DNA from: a virus
Reading direction: 5' to 3' (one strand)
DNA length: 64,000 nt
IMG/VR virus record: IMGVR_UViG_3300023174_000050
Span: 32,001-96,000 of that record
The position numbers and the translations under genes are program-made. Positions 35,751-46,035 of this stretch are shown one piece after another. Every line of letters begins with the position of its first letter. Position 1 is the stretch's first letter. The notes beneath the pieces were generated by a model. The model did not search any database. It saw only the letters and a list, made by a program, of their open reading frames with translations, and had not been told where the DNA came from.

Positions 35751-37661
35751 TTATGCAAATATCCTACCGTTATATCTAAAGAAATCATTTATAGCAGTAT
35801 TGGTATTAACAGGCGAACCTGATACAAAAGACATTCCCGAACCAGACCCGGAACTTGCCACAGTAGTATTATTATTTACTATAATCGGTGCAGCTGAAAT
35901 AGCAGTATTTTCTGTTAAAGCAGCATTTTCATTATCAGCAGTTTTTAGAATAGATGCCATTGGCATTGTATTTAAATTTTGAGAAACTTTTTCAGATTTT
36001 GGTTTTATATTTTCTGATTTTGATTCTTCTTTTTTATTTAAATTATAGTTTGGATTTCTTTTAATAAAATCTTGATTTTTTTCCAACCAATCTAATATTT
36101 TACTATTTTTAGATTCTCCTAAATAATTAGGGTCCTTAATATTAATGTCCTTATAACGTTGTTCTGCCCAGTCAGTTATTTCTTTTGGTAGTTTTTCTGC
36201 TCTTTGTACTCTTTGTACTCTTTTATACTCTTCTTCTTCGCCTGCAGCTGCCCCACCTCGACCTCCGCGCGGTTTTTGATTATCTAATTTTTCTTTATTT
36301 GGGACTTCTGTATTAATAGGTTTTCCGGAATTATTCAACGCATCAAGTTTAGTTGTCATTTCTTTTTCGAAAGACACAGAAGATTGTCCTTTTTTATTCA
36401 AGTAATCTAGATATACTGCTTCTACATTCTTTTGCACATTAGGTGTTAATACATTGCCCTTATCATCAGCAAGCGAACCATCGGCTTGTTTTTTATAATC
36501 TTTTCCGTTATAAGGAACAACCTCACCCTCAGGAACTTCTGCATATTTTTGTTTATTAGTTTCTAATCTACCTTCCGCTTGTCTACTGCCCTTTTGTTTT
36601 GCTGCTGCTTCTTTTTCAGCTTTTTCTTTTTTACGCATTCTATCTAAATCTTCTGGATCATCCATTGTAGACAATAATACAGGGGCAGCTAGTAATCCCA
36701 ATGAAGCACCTAATACTCTAGATGCAGCACCCGCTAAAGGTAAAGCGCCCGCCGCAGGAGCTGTACTTGATGGTACACGTTTTGGTGTTGGTTGATTTTT
36801 ATTGCCAGGGAGTTGTACTGGCGAAGTTCCAGGTACTCCTACGGGCATACGAGAATTTGCTTGATTATTATTTAATATTTCTGATAAAGTTTCAACCGCA
36901 TATTCTATATTATCTGTAAATGTTTTTCCTAATTTATCTAGCGGAGGGATTAATCTAGAACTTACTTCTAACCCAATAGATTTTGAGAATTTTACTATAT
37001 CCAAAGGCTCATTATTGTTAACTGTCTTTGTATTTAAAGGAGTTCTTTTATTTGGATTCTCAGAAGCAGGTTTTTCATTTGTTTTAACATCATTATCAGA
37101 ATCATTTGATGTTTTAATTATATTAATATCATCTTGTATTAAAGAAACACTAGTTAATGTTTTATCAGATAATGTTTTTAGGGATTTAAGATTTTCTGTT
37201 AGTTGTTCCTGATACTTATTTGTAACAACCATAGACTCCAGTATATTTTTTATTATATCCCTGTCATCGGTATTTTTAGATTTTTTATCTTTAGCTTTAT
37301 CATTCTTTGTATCGACCGGTTTAGTCGCTTCAGACATTTTTACTGTGTTTGGTTTTTCATTGCTTGTTTGGCTTGCAAAATATTCTCGAATATCACCCAT
37401 CGCTTTGCCAAATACTTCTGCGGAGTAATCTTTAAATTTTTCCAGATAATCATCAGAACTTTTTTTATTCCGTTCGACTCTAGGACTTGGAGTTTGTTTT
37501 TTACTTACCTTCTCATCATTTCTTCGTTGTCTGGTTATTTGATTGGTTAGACTCTGTAAAACTTTAGTTTGATATGATAACGTTTCGCCCTGTTGGTGCA
37601 AGGTTTCGAGTATCAGTCTTTCACTAGCTGACATAGCTTGAGGATTTGTCGGTAAGCTCAT
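35751..37661 (-). CDS. candidate tape-measure / gp29-like hub protein
   Basis: 636 aa, helical/low complexity, C-terminal IIVNNNT..S; lies downstream of gp26/gp51. Confidence 0.5.
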   Translation of the reverse strand: MSLPTNPQAMSASERLILETLHQQGETLSYQTKVLQSLTNQITRQRRNDEKVSKKQTPSPRVERNKKSSDDYLEKFKDYSAEVFGKAMGDIREYFASQTSNEKPNTVKMSEATKPVDTKNDKAKDKKSKNTDDRDIIKNILESMVVTNKYQEQLTENLKSLKTLSDKTLTSVSLIQDDINIIKTSNDSDNDVKTNEKPASENPNKRTPLNTKTVNNNEPLDIVKFSKSIGLEVSSRLIPPLDKLGKTFTDNIEYAVETLSEILNNNQANSRMPVGVPGTSPVQLPGNKNQPTPKRVPSSTAPAAGALPLAGAASRVLGASLGLLAAPVLLSTMDDPEDLDRMRKKEKAEKEAAAKQKGSRQAEGRLETNKQKYAEVPEGEVVPYNGKDYKKQADGSLADDKGNVLTPNVQKNVEAVYLDYLNKKGQSSVSFEKEMTTKLDALNNSGKPINTEVPNKEKLDNQKPRGGRGGAAAGEEEEYKRVQRVQRAEKLPKEITDWAEQRYKDINIKDPNYLGESKNSKILDWLEKNQDFIKRNPNYNLNKKEESKSENIKPKSEKVSQNLNTMPMASILKTADNENAALTENTAISAAPIIVNNNTTVASSGSGSGMSFVSGSPVNTNTAINDFFRYNGRIFA

Positions 37662-37858
37662 TCCTGGTTATTCCTTATTTGTCTTTGTTTCTTTCTTTCA
37701 TTTTCTTCATTTATATGATTAATAAGCATTGCCACATAAACATCTCTTTCCCATGGAATCATATTTTCTATTTCTGATAAAGAATAATTATGATTTTTTA
37801 CTAATGAAAAATTTAATTTAAAAAAATTATGAAGCCCCTCATGGGAAAGGGTTATACG
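37658..37858 (-). CDS. gp51: gp51-like ORF lacking its own upstream start; predicted -1 frameshift extension of gp26
   Basis: RITLSHEGLHNFFKLNFSLVKNHNYSLSEIENMIPWERDVYVAMLINHI...; first ATG only at 37762; not in ORF track. Confidence 0.75.
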   Translation of the reverse strand, partial: RITLSHEGLHNFFKLNFSLVKNHNYSLSEIENMIPWERDVYVAMLINHINEENERKKQRQIRNNQE

Positions 37859-38544
37859 AAAAAATTTTGTAGACCTTCCAAATGCATTTCATTATGTTCT
37901 CCGCATACTTCGCAATCTTTTTCTATATGCTGAACTAATTTTGGCATTGTTAAAAAGAAATTTTCTATAAGTTCAAATTGACTTTTAGAAAAAGAATTTA
38001 CAAATTCCGACAATTCTTCTTTAGTATATTCTTCATATATAGCATCTTCAGTATAAATAGATTTTATACAAGAACTTAAAAGATCTACAATTTTATCAGA
38101 TTTAAAATTTTGGTAAATATTAATCATTTCTTCAAATTTTGGATATCTCATTTCGACAATAATTTTATCAGTAATACTAATTTTTGTACTGTGTGCTGGA
38201 TCTTTTTCTACAGCAGCCTTTGTCAAATCTAATTCAAAAGGAATCTTATTATCACAACTATTGCAATCCAATGTTAATTCTACTACTTCAGAAATAGATC
38301 TAGCTCGCAAATTTAAGAATATATATTCTATATCAAAATTGGATAATGTATTCATTTTTAATTTATTGAATGTGCATGCATCAACTAACTCTGTTACAAT
38401 ACGATTAACCTCATCTGCACCTGATTCTAAAGTAGTTAATAATACTTTATATTCTTTAACCAAAAAAGGCCTAAATGTTATTTTTTCGTCGGTTGATGGT
38501 AAAATCAATTCATAAGTCGGTGTTTCTAATATAGGTAAAGTCAT
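37852..38544 (-). CDS. gp26: baseplate hub assembly protein
   Basis: MTLP.L.TPTYEL.LPS, FRPFLVKE.K, DIEYIFL.LRARS, C..C, LEGLQNFF. Confidence 0.9.
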   Translation of the reverse strand: MTLPILETPTYELILPSTDEKITFRPFLVKEYKVLLTTLESGADEVNRIVTELVDACTFNKLKMNTLSNFDIEYIFLNLRARSISEVVELTLDCNSCDNKIPFELDLTKAAVEKDPAHSTKISITDKIIVEMRYPKFEEMINIYQNFKSDKIVDLLSSCIKSIYTEDAIYEEYTKEELSEFVNSFSKSQFELIENFFLTMPKLVQHIEKDCEVCGEHNEMHLEGLQNFFV

Positions 38545-38555
38545 TTTCTAATTCC

Positions 38556-39272
38556 TTAGTTTGGAGTAAATATAAAACCATCAGTTTCAGGATCATATTT
38601 TGATTTAAGTGATGTATTATACCAATCATCTAAATATGATCCTTGAGATTTTCCTGATTTGATACCGAATTCTCCCCGAGGGACAATTTTAGGTTTTGGA
38701 TCAACTGGTGCATGAGGTATACGGTTTGTCAGATCGTGTATTGGAATCCAACGTCTATATGCAAACGTTACGCTTAATTTATGTACTTGATTTTGAGAAC
38801 TTTGATTTAAATCTAATAAAGATGTACTTCTTGGAAATGCATCTTCTAAAAATATTCCATATGTAAAATTATTTCTTTCATCAAGTTGTTCTATCAAAAT
38901 TCTATTGGAGATATATTCCTCTTGTCGATACGCAAAATATTGTATTGGATCAATAATTTTTCCCATCCATGCATCAAAAAATGCTTTTACCTTCATTTCT
39001 CTATCTAGGTTAAAAGTCATTGTCATGCCTTCTCCGCCATAATCGACATTGAATGGTCTTTGATAGTTTGGACCTGTTATCCTTTGTTGTCTAACACCTA
39101 TAATTCGTGCGGGAAAATTTGCAGATTCACAATAAAGACTTAGTCGTTGTCCATGTGTTCTAAAATCCATATATGGTGCAAGGCTAAGAGGAGGCGAAAT
39201 AGTTACCTTAAATCTATTTGGTTTAGCTACACCTTCTTTTTTTACTGTTGCAATAAATTCTTTTAGTGACAT
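38556..39272 (-). CDS. gp54: gp19-family tail-tube-like protein (probably gp54)
   Basis: KPNRF.V.I, CESA.FP, FFDAWM, L.DAFP, VTFAYR.W. Confidence 0.6.
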   Translation of the reverse strand: MSLKEFIATVKKEGVAKPNRFKVTISPPLSLAPYMDFRTHGQRLSLYCESANFPARIIGVRQQRITGPNYQRPFNVDYGGEGMTMTFNLDREMKVKAFFDAWMGKIIDPIQYFAYRQEEYISNRILIEQLDERNNFTYGIFLEDAFPRSTSLLDLNQSSQNQVHKLSVTFAYRRWIPIHDLTNRIPHAPVDPKPKIVPRGEFGIKSGKSQGSYLDDWYNTSLKSKYDPETDGFIFTPN

Positions 39273-39278
39273 TTGTTA

Positions 39279-39863
39279 TTACCTGTACTTTAGTTTGGTG
39301 TCTCGCCAAATTTTTTCTTTTGTCGGTTGACTATTACCTGCGGATTTAAATCTTTCAACGGGTAACATTGCTGCGGTTACCCAATCATTAAAATTTATTT
39401 TTAAAAATCTAGATTGTAAATGATGATTTAAATAATGTTTAACACATGCAGTTGCGGGTGCATATCTAGATGAACTATTTAATATTTGCCATGATATTTG
39501 TATTCTCGATTCTTCAGTTATTCTTTTATCTAAAGTTAATTTACTTAATTCACCCAATAATTTAAACCTGGCTAGGTATGGCAAATAATGTAGGTTAATA
39601 CCTAAAAACCCATCCGGTACTGTATTAAACGGCAATACTAAGGGCACAGTATCATAATAGGGCAAAGTCTTTTTATGTTTCGGATCATACATAAAAAGAT
39701 ACATTTCTCCAGGATTTATCCTAGACGTTAATTTTTCATTTCTAAGTAATTGAGTACCTGTTACATTTTTCCCTAGATTTTTCACCTGTTCTCTATACCA
39801 CTGGTATGATTTTTGCGTATCTCCCGCTTTCATATCAATGGTTTGAAATATACTATCCGCCAT
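39279..39863 (-). CDS. gp2: DNA end protector protein
   Basis: MYLF.YDPKHK..LPYYD..PLV, FLG.NLHYL. Confidence 0.9.
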   Translation of the reverse strand: MADSIFQTIDMKAGDTQKSYQWYREQVKNLGKNVTGTQLLRNEKLTSRINPGEMYLFMYDPKHKKTLPYYDTVPLVLPFNTVPDGFLGINLHYLPYLARFKLLGELSKLTLDKRITEESRIQISWQILNSSSRYAPATACVKHYLNHHLQSRFLKINFNDWVTAAMLPVERFKSAGNSQPTKEKIWRDTKLKYR

Positions 39864-40311
39864 TTATAAGTCCTAAATCTTTTTCTGTCAATACCATAAA
39901 TTTCATGTTCCTATCCTGACAAAATTCAAATGCTGCTTTCCATTTGGCTTCATTTACTCCATACTGAAATACCTCATCTATAAATTTTTTAGTTTTTCGT
40001 TCAGGTATGGATGGAGGTTTTGTAAATCTTTCAGGTTTTATTTCTACTAAGTATTTTTGAATTCCGCCGTTTTTATCTTTTATCTTAATATAAAAATCTA
40101 CAAAATATCTATGAACTTTTTTATCCAAAGGTGAGATATAGGGAACAATAACGGTCTCAGATCCCCATTCTTGCACCGAAATATTTTGATCGCACCATTT
40201 CATAAATCGCAATTCCCACAAGGAACGATATACAATATTTCCCACGTCTCCTTTATATTTTGAAGGATTCTTGGTTCTAAACTTGCCCTTATAGGTTTTG
40301 GTATACAACAT
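39853..40311 (-). CDS. gp4: head completion nuclease
   Basis: NP.KYKGD..IVYRSLWE, WGSE, HRYFVDF, LVEIKP, N.AKW. Confidence 0.95.
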   Translation of the reverse strand: MLYTKTYKGKFRTKNPSKYKGDVGNIVYRSLWELRFMKWCDQNISVQEWGSETVIVPYISPLDKKVHRYFVDFYIKIKDKNGGIQKYLVEIKPERFTKPPSIPERKTKKFIDEVFQYGVNEAKWKAAFEFCQDRNMKFMVLTEKDLGLINGG

Positions 40312-40315
40312 CTAT

Positions 40316-40346
40316 TATAAATAATTATGTTCCAACAATATTTATA
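40316..40346. promoter_or_regulatory. pair of opposed T4 late promoters
   Basis: TATAAATA on + at 40316-40323 and on - at 40339-40346. Confidence 0.8.
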
Positions 40347-40354
40347 AAGAAAAT

Positions 40355-41515
40355 ATGTCAACTACAAGTAAACCGCTGGGTCTTCCTGAGCAATTAAATA
40401 GAGCATCTGTTGAATATAGAAATCAGGATCAAGATAGAGGTTATAGAATTGGCACGTATGAATATCCTGAGGATTTAAGAAACCGCCCGGATTTACAGCA
40501 TTATGTTGCATTTTATATAAATGTGCGAGATAAATCCACACGGGGAAAAAATAAGAATCGTAATGACTATTTTTCTGGAGATGAGGAAGCAGGAAGAATA
40601 GACACCTTGAGAAATAAAGGGGCTCCGTTATCAATAAACAAATTAGAGTCTGGATTAGCAGATGTACTATCGGTAGCAAAAACAGGGGCAGTTGCTGCAG
40701 CATCGTATAACGTTTTCAAAGGATTAAATACGAGATTAAAAAATCCAAGAGATGCAATAATAGGCGGACTCGGCGCAGGAGCATTAACTTTAGGGGCAAT
40801 AGAAGGAGGAGAATCTTTATTAGAATTTATGAGAGGTGGCGGTCCGCTTCCGGCATTTACCCCAGGCAATACTTCAAGACTAAAAGATGTAATAACACTA
40901 CATATATCAGAAAAACCTGTAGTTAAATATCAAACAAATTATACTGATAGAGAACTAGGGACGCTTGCAGGATTACTTGTTCAAGGGTCTGCACAAAATA
41001 CTTATGCGCAAGCGTCAAAAAATCCAGAGTATCAAGCAGCATTACTTGCAAGCCTTGCAAAGATACCCACATTAAAATCTAAAGGAGGATTGATTTCAGA
41101 TTTACTTGAATTAAAATCTCGAACAAAAACAAATCCTTTTAGAGAAGTTTTATTTGAATCTGTAGATTATAGAAGTTTTAATTTTAGTTATAGATTTTTT
41201 CCAAAGAATGAACGCGAAACTAATAAAGTAAAAAACATTATAGAGTTGTTTAAAATCAATATGCTTCCTGAAATAACCTCAGAAAAATTATTTTATATCT
41301 ATCCATCAGAATTTGACATTGAATATTTTTATAAAGATTCGCCAAACCCATATTTACATAAATTTGCAAGATGTGCTTTAGTTAATATGGAAGTGGATTA
41401 TGGCGGAGACCAATTTGTCACTTTTCAAGATGGTTCCCCTGTAGAAATAGGATTAACGCTAACCTTTAGAGAATTAGAACAACTAACATCTGAAAGGGCG
41501 AAGAATGGCTACTAA
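40355..41515 (+). CDS. gp48: baseplate tail-tube cap
   Basis: YPEDL, NPFREVLF.SVDYRSF.F.Y.F.P, YPSEFDI, L.LTFRE. Confidence 0.85.
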   Translation: MSTTSKPLGLPEQLNRASVEYRNQDQDRGYRIGTYEYPEDLRNRPDLQHYVAFYINVRDKSTRGKNKNRNDYFSGDEEAGRIDTLRNKGAPLSINKLESGLADVLSVAKTGAVAAASYNVFKGLNTRLKNPRDAIIGGLGAGALTLGAIEGGESLLEFMRGGGPLPAFTPGNTSRLKDVITLHISEKPVVKYQTNYTDRELGTLAGLLVQGSAQNTYAQASKNPEYQAALLASLAKIPTLKSKGGLISDLLELKSRTKTNPFREVLFESVDYRSFNFSYRFFPKNERETNKVKNIIELFKINMLPEITSEKLFYIYPSEFDIEYFYKDSPNPYLHKFARCALVNMEVDYGGDQFVTFQDGSPVEIGLTLTFRELEQLTSERAKNGY

Positions 41516-42113
41516 TCTTTTTGAATCTTTTCCAAGAATAAACTATACATTAGATGATGGGGAAACAATACAAGTTGTTGTAGATATTTTTAAACGCGCA
41601 GTTTTATCTAAAGAGTTTCAAGAAAACAATTCATATTTTGAAAAGTATGAGATATTAGATGGAGAAACTCCTGAGAATGTAGCATTTAGATTTTACGGGA
41701 CACAAGATTTATATTGGTTAATATTATTGACGAATAATATAGTTGATCCTAGATATGAATGGCCATTATCAGAACAAAATTTAATAAAATTTGTTGAAAG
41801 TAAATATGGTACAGCTAAAGATATATTTACAACTAACAGGGCAATTAATCCAAAAGGATATCAAATAGAAACTTTTTTTATACTATTGGAAGATTCAACA
41901 CATAAAAAACCAATACGATTACTTGTGGAAGATGATGTTAATACGGGAATTAATACACCGTTGGCATATAGAGAATCTGAAATAACTACAGATTTTCAAA
42001 GTAATTATGAAGTAGAACAAAACAAAAATGAATCCCGCAGAACAATAAAAGTGCTAAAATCCAATATTGTGCAAGACGTAGTCGCTAATTATCTTTCAAG
42101 TATAAGTCAATAA
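41505..42113 (+). CDS. gp53: baseplate wedge protein
   Basis: F..FP.I.Y, Y.I.DGETPE.VA...YG....WLILL.N. Confidence 0.9.
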   Translation: MATNLFESFPRINYTLDDGETIQVVVDIFKRAVLSKEFQENNSYFEKYEILDGETPENVAFRFYGTQDLYWLILLTNNIVDPRYEWPLSEQNLIKFVESKYGTAKDIFTTNRAINPKGYQIETFFILLEDSTHKKPIRLLVEDDVNTGINTPLAYRESEITTDFQSNYEVEQNKNESRRTIKVLKSNIVQDVVANYLSSISQ

Positions 42114-43456
42114 TGTCCGAAGAATTATTACAAATACCTGGACAGGTAATTATAAATGAAATTATTTTAATTTCAGGAAAGGGTGTTGCTTTAGGTATAA
42201 CAGATTATCTTGTGGAATTAAATTTATATGAAAGTATATTTAATCCTGTTGTAACAGGATCTATACTATTGTCCGATAGTACAAATTTGATATCTTTATT
42301 TCCTTTAATTGGAGAAGAATTTTTAAAGGTAGATATTAAAACTCCTAGTTTGGATGACTCACAAAGCATTTATAAAACTTTTAGAATTAATTCTATTCTA
42401 AATAAAACTTATGCGAAAGACGGTAGTACTTTAATATATGAGTTAGGATTAACTTCAGTAGAAGCATTTCAAGATTCTATTAATCCAATATTTAAATCCT
42501 TTGAAGGTACTCCTGGGGAAATAATACAAAAAATATATACAGACTATTTACAGGTTGATAGAAATATTTCTGTTAACACTATTAATAATCAAAATAAAAC
42601 TCCTTTAACTATTTTAGAATATCCAACAAACTTTATAAAATTTGTTAGTCCCGGTTGGACCCCGATACAATGTATAAATTGGATTGCTAGCAAATCTTTA
42701 CCATCTAATAAAAAAGCAGCAAATTACTTATTTTGGGAAACAACCAAAGGATTCTTTTTTGGAAGTACAGAAAAAATATTTTCAAGAATAAATTCTGCAT
42801 TTGCAGGAACATATGTTTATTCTGAAACATATATTAATACTCTTGGTATAGATGAAAAATCTTTAGGTATGTATGCTATTAGATCTTTAAAAATAGATCA
42901 AACAATGGATCAATTGGACAATACTAGAATGGGATATCTTGCAAGTACATTGTATGATATAGACTTATATAATAAAAACTATAACATGGTTAAATATGAT
43001 CACGCATTAGAATTTTCAAACTATTCCCATTTAAATGGGGATACTCCCATGTTCGATAAAACTACATTAAGAAATCCATTGTCATATATAGAATTTAATT
43101 ATAGCAGCCCAAAACTACATAATTCTGCAGAAAATAATTTTGATCAAATGCCTAAATTTATGTTTGGGAATAGAAGATCCAATATGTTAGAATTAAACAA
43201 TTTTAAAATGGAAATAACTATTCCGGGAAGAACAGATTTAGAAGTTGGTAATATTGTAGGAATAACTTTTCCAAAATCTCCAGGTGCTCCATTGACCAAA
43301 GAATCTAAAAGTGATAGTAAACACGATGAGTTATATTCTGGAAATTATTTAGTAACAAATCTTGCGCATAAAATTAATCCAAAAACACATTATATTACTA
43401 TGAATGTTCTAAAAGACTCCTTTAATACTAAATCATATAATAAGGCCGGTAAATGA
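42113..43456 (+). CDS. baseplate hub protein (gp27-like position)
   Basis: LYESIF, GEE.L, FWET..GF.F, PGR.DL.VG, YSG.YLV. Confidence 0.65.
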   Translation: MSEELLQIPGQVIINEIILISGKGVALGITDYLVELNLYESIFNPVVTGSILLSDSTNLISLFPLIGEEFLKVDIKTPSLDDSQSIYKTFRINSILNKTYAKDGSTLIYELGLTSVEAFQDSINPIFKSFEGTPGEIIQKIYTDYLQVDRNISVNTINNQNKTPLTILEYPTNFIKFVSPGWTPIQCINWIASKSLPSNKKAANYLFWETTKGFFFGSTEKIFSRINSAFAGTYVYSETYINTLGIDEKSLGMYAIRSLKIDQTMDQLDNTRMGYLASTLYDIDLYNKNYNMVKYDHALEFSNYSHLNGDTPMFDKTTLRNPLSYIEFNYSSPKLHNSAENNFDQMPKFMFGNRRSNMLELNNFKMEITIPGRTDLEVGNIVGITFPKSPGAPLTKESKSDSKHDELYSGNYLVTNLAHKINPKTHYITMNVLKDSFNTKSYNKAGK

Positions 43457-46023
43457 TATTAGGAAATAAATTTGTATGGTGGACCGGGGTTGTAGAAGAT
43501 AGGGAAGACCCGGAAAAACTAGGTCGGTGTCGAGTAAGAATATTTGGATATCATACCGATGATACCTCATTATTACCGACCTCAGATTTACCATGGGCAA
43601 TACCAATTCAATCAACTACATCTGCAGCAACATCTGGAGTTGGCCATACCCCTGTTGGTATTGTTCCTGGTGCATGGGTAGTTGGATGGTTTTTAGATGG
43701 AGAGGAAGCCCAACGACCATTGATAATAGGAACGATTGCAGGAAAACCTGATCCATCCGTTTCTGCAATATCTAAACAAAATCAAGATAAAAAACTTTCG
43801 GGAGTAGTAAAGGCCCCCGACGGATCGTATTTGGTAAATCAAAATAACGAATATGTTTTAACAAAAAATCAAAACTTAGATTTAAAAGATAGATTAGGTC
43901 CGTTAAAACCCTCAGACATAGATACTATGTTATCAGTAATATCCTCAGCAACATCTGGAGGTAGTTATACTAAGGAAAGTTCTGATGGCAATCTTGGCAA
44001 ATATCAATTTAGTATTAATACCTTAGTTGATCTAGGATATGTTAAAAGATGTCCAGAGGATATAGTAACAACTGCTTGGACCAGTGATAATACTAATTGG
44101 ACCGGTAAGGATGGTATAACTAGTAAAGCAAAATTTTTAGAAAATACAGGCGTACAGGAAAACGCGGCATTGATATTTACTGAAAATAACTACAAGTCTT
44201 TACTCGCAATGGGAAAAATAACTGAGACAGATGATCCTAAAAATATAGCTAGTCTTTTGGGTACAGCTTTAGTTATGGGTACCAATAATGCAGACAAATT
44301 AAATAAAAAAGATAATGACGGAAAACTTGCAAAAGATTATTTTGTAGCTGTAAATTCTGCATTAGGCGGAAATAATGAAAATTTTAATTATAATTTGGAT
44401 GATGCTGGTAATTACTTATCCAGCACACTAAATACAAATACAAGCGGCGGTGCTTTAAATAATTCAGAATTAAAGTTACAGTCTGGATTCAAAGATCCCA
44501 ATAAACAATATCCAAAAGCAGAATATACCGGATTAAGCGATATCAATAAGTTAGCAATTGGAGACACCTCTCATAAAATATTTAAAGTTAAGAAAAATAA
44601 AAAAATAGACAATATACCTTTAGCTAGTAGCAAACAAACATGGAATGAACCTTCTCCCGCGTATGGCGCAGGATATCCATATAATCAGGTAATTGAAACT
44701 GAAGCAGGGCATGTGATTGAATTAGATAATACACCCGGAGCAGAAAGAATACAAGTATTTCATAAATCTGGTTCATATATTGAAATAGATGTAAATGGCT
44801 CAATGGTTAGAAAAACGGTGGGTGAAAATTATGAGATTACTGATAGAAATAACTTTGTATATGTCAAAGGTGCGCATAGCTTAACTGTAGAGGGACAAAC
44901 AAATATACTGGTTAAAAGTGACGCAAAAATACAGGTTGATGGAGATCTATCGGTTACCAGCCATGGCAGTACTATGGTACAAACTGCTCGTACTGCAACT
45001 ATAATTGCAGAAGATTTAGTTGTAACAGCTGCAAAAAGTCTTACATTAACCTCAGAAGGCTCCGTTAATATACAAGGTAAAAACATAAATTTATATGCTA
45101 AGGATGGCTCCATTACCGAAGTTGCAACCAAAGATATTTCATTAGAAACAGGAAGAGCTAGTACTTTGAGTTTGAATGGAGGATCGGCCACCCTTATAGA
45201 AGGTGCAGTTGTAAAAACAAAAATGGGGGCAAATGATGTTGTACCAATTAATCGCCCGCTATTAGATAGACCAGCAGCAAAATCTCCAGACAAAACAGGT
45301 ATACCGGTATTACCTAGAGAAGTTATTTCTAAAGCAAATTATTATTTTGACGCAGGAGAATCTGGGGCAGATACCTATATTAATACTCTGCAATCGCAAG
45401 GAATTATAAATCCAAATATAGTATCAAAAATAGATAATGCTGCAGGAGCACCAATAGTAAGATATACTAAGGTTACTGCAGTTGATGATGAGGAAATTAA
45501 AAGTTTTAATTACTTTCCAAGATCTTTTATTTTATCAAACAAGGAAAATCGAATTTTTACGTTAGGTGATTTATTACAGGATGGAGGATTGGTTGCTCAA
45601 CGGGGATTAACTGAGCAACAAATTGTGTATAATTTAAAACAATTAGTTATTAATTGTTTGGATCCAATAAAAGCAAAATATCCTGATATGAAAATTAACA
45701 GCGGATTTAGACCAATATCTGCAACGGTGACCGGCAGTAATCCCGAAAAGAGTGACCATGGATTGGGAGCGGCGGTAGATATTAAATTTACAAATACTAA
45801 ATTTAAAGATTATAAAGATGTTGCGGAATGGATAGTTAAAAATGTCCCACACAAACAAGTTATACTTGAATATTATTTTGAATCAGGTAGTAATAAACTA
45901 GTATCTTCTTGGATACACATTGCTCTATTAGTTTCTAATAACACAGTAGCAAATTCCGCCGCACCAGTACAAACTTTTGCAAATCATCAATCTGTTTCTA
46001 AAACTTTGGTAAATTTAGCATAA
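43453..46023 (+). CDS. gp5: baseplate spike gp5 with lysozyme-like and peptidase M15 domains
   Basis: WWTGVVEDR.DPEKLGRCRVRI, YPYNQV.ETEAGH..E.D; GKYQF domain; INSGFR...SDH..G.AVDI...WIHI. Confidence 0.9.
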   Translation: MILGNKFVWWTGVVEDREDPEKLGRCRVRIFGYHTDDTSLLPTSDLPWAIPIQSTTSAATSGVGHTPVGIVPGAWVVGWFLDGEEAQRPLIIGTIAGKPDPSVSAISKQNQDKKLSGVVKAPDGSYLVNQNNEYVLTKNQNLDLKDRLGPLKPSDIDTMLSVISSATSGGSYTKESSDGNLGKYQFSINTLVDLGYVKRCPEDIVTTAWTSDNTNWTGKDGITSKAKFLENTGVQENAALIFTENNYKSLLAMGKITETDDPKNIASLLGTALVMGTNNADKLNKKDNDGKLAKDYFVAVNSALGGNNENFNYNLDDAGNYLSSTLNTNTSGGALNNSELKLQSGFKDPNKQYPKAEYTGLSDINKLAIGDTSHKIFKVKKNKKIDNIPLASSKQTWNEPSPAYGAGYPYNQVIETEAGHVIELDNTPGAERIQVFHKSGSYIEIDVNGSMVRKTVGENYEITDRNNFVYVKGAHSLTVEGQTNILVKSDAKIQVDGDLSVTSHGSTMVQTARTATIIAEDLVVTAAKSLTLTSEGSVNIQGKNINLYAKDGSITEVATKDISLETGRASTLSLNGGSATLIEGAVVKTKMGANDVVPINRPLLDRPAAKSPDKTGIPVLPREVISKANYYFDAGESGADTYINTLQSQGIINPNIVSKIDNAAGAPIVRYTKVTAVDDEEIKSFNYFPRSFILSNKENRIFTLGDLLQDGGLVAQRGLTEQQIVYNLKQLVINCLDPIKAKYPDMKINSGFRPISATVTGSNPEKSDHGLGAAVDIKFTNTKFKDYKDVAEWIVKNVPHKQVILEYYFESGSNKLVSSWIHIALLVSNNTVANSAAPVQTFANHQSVSKTLVNLA

Positions 46024-46035
46024 TAAATATCTAAT

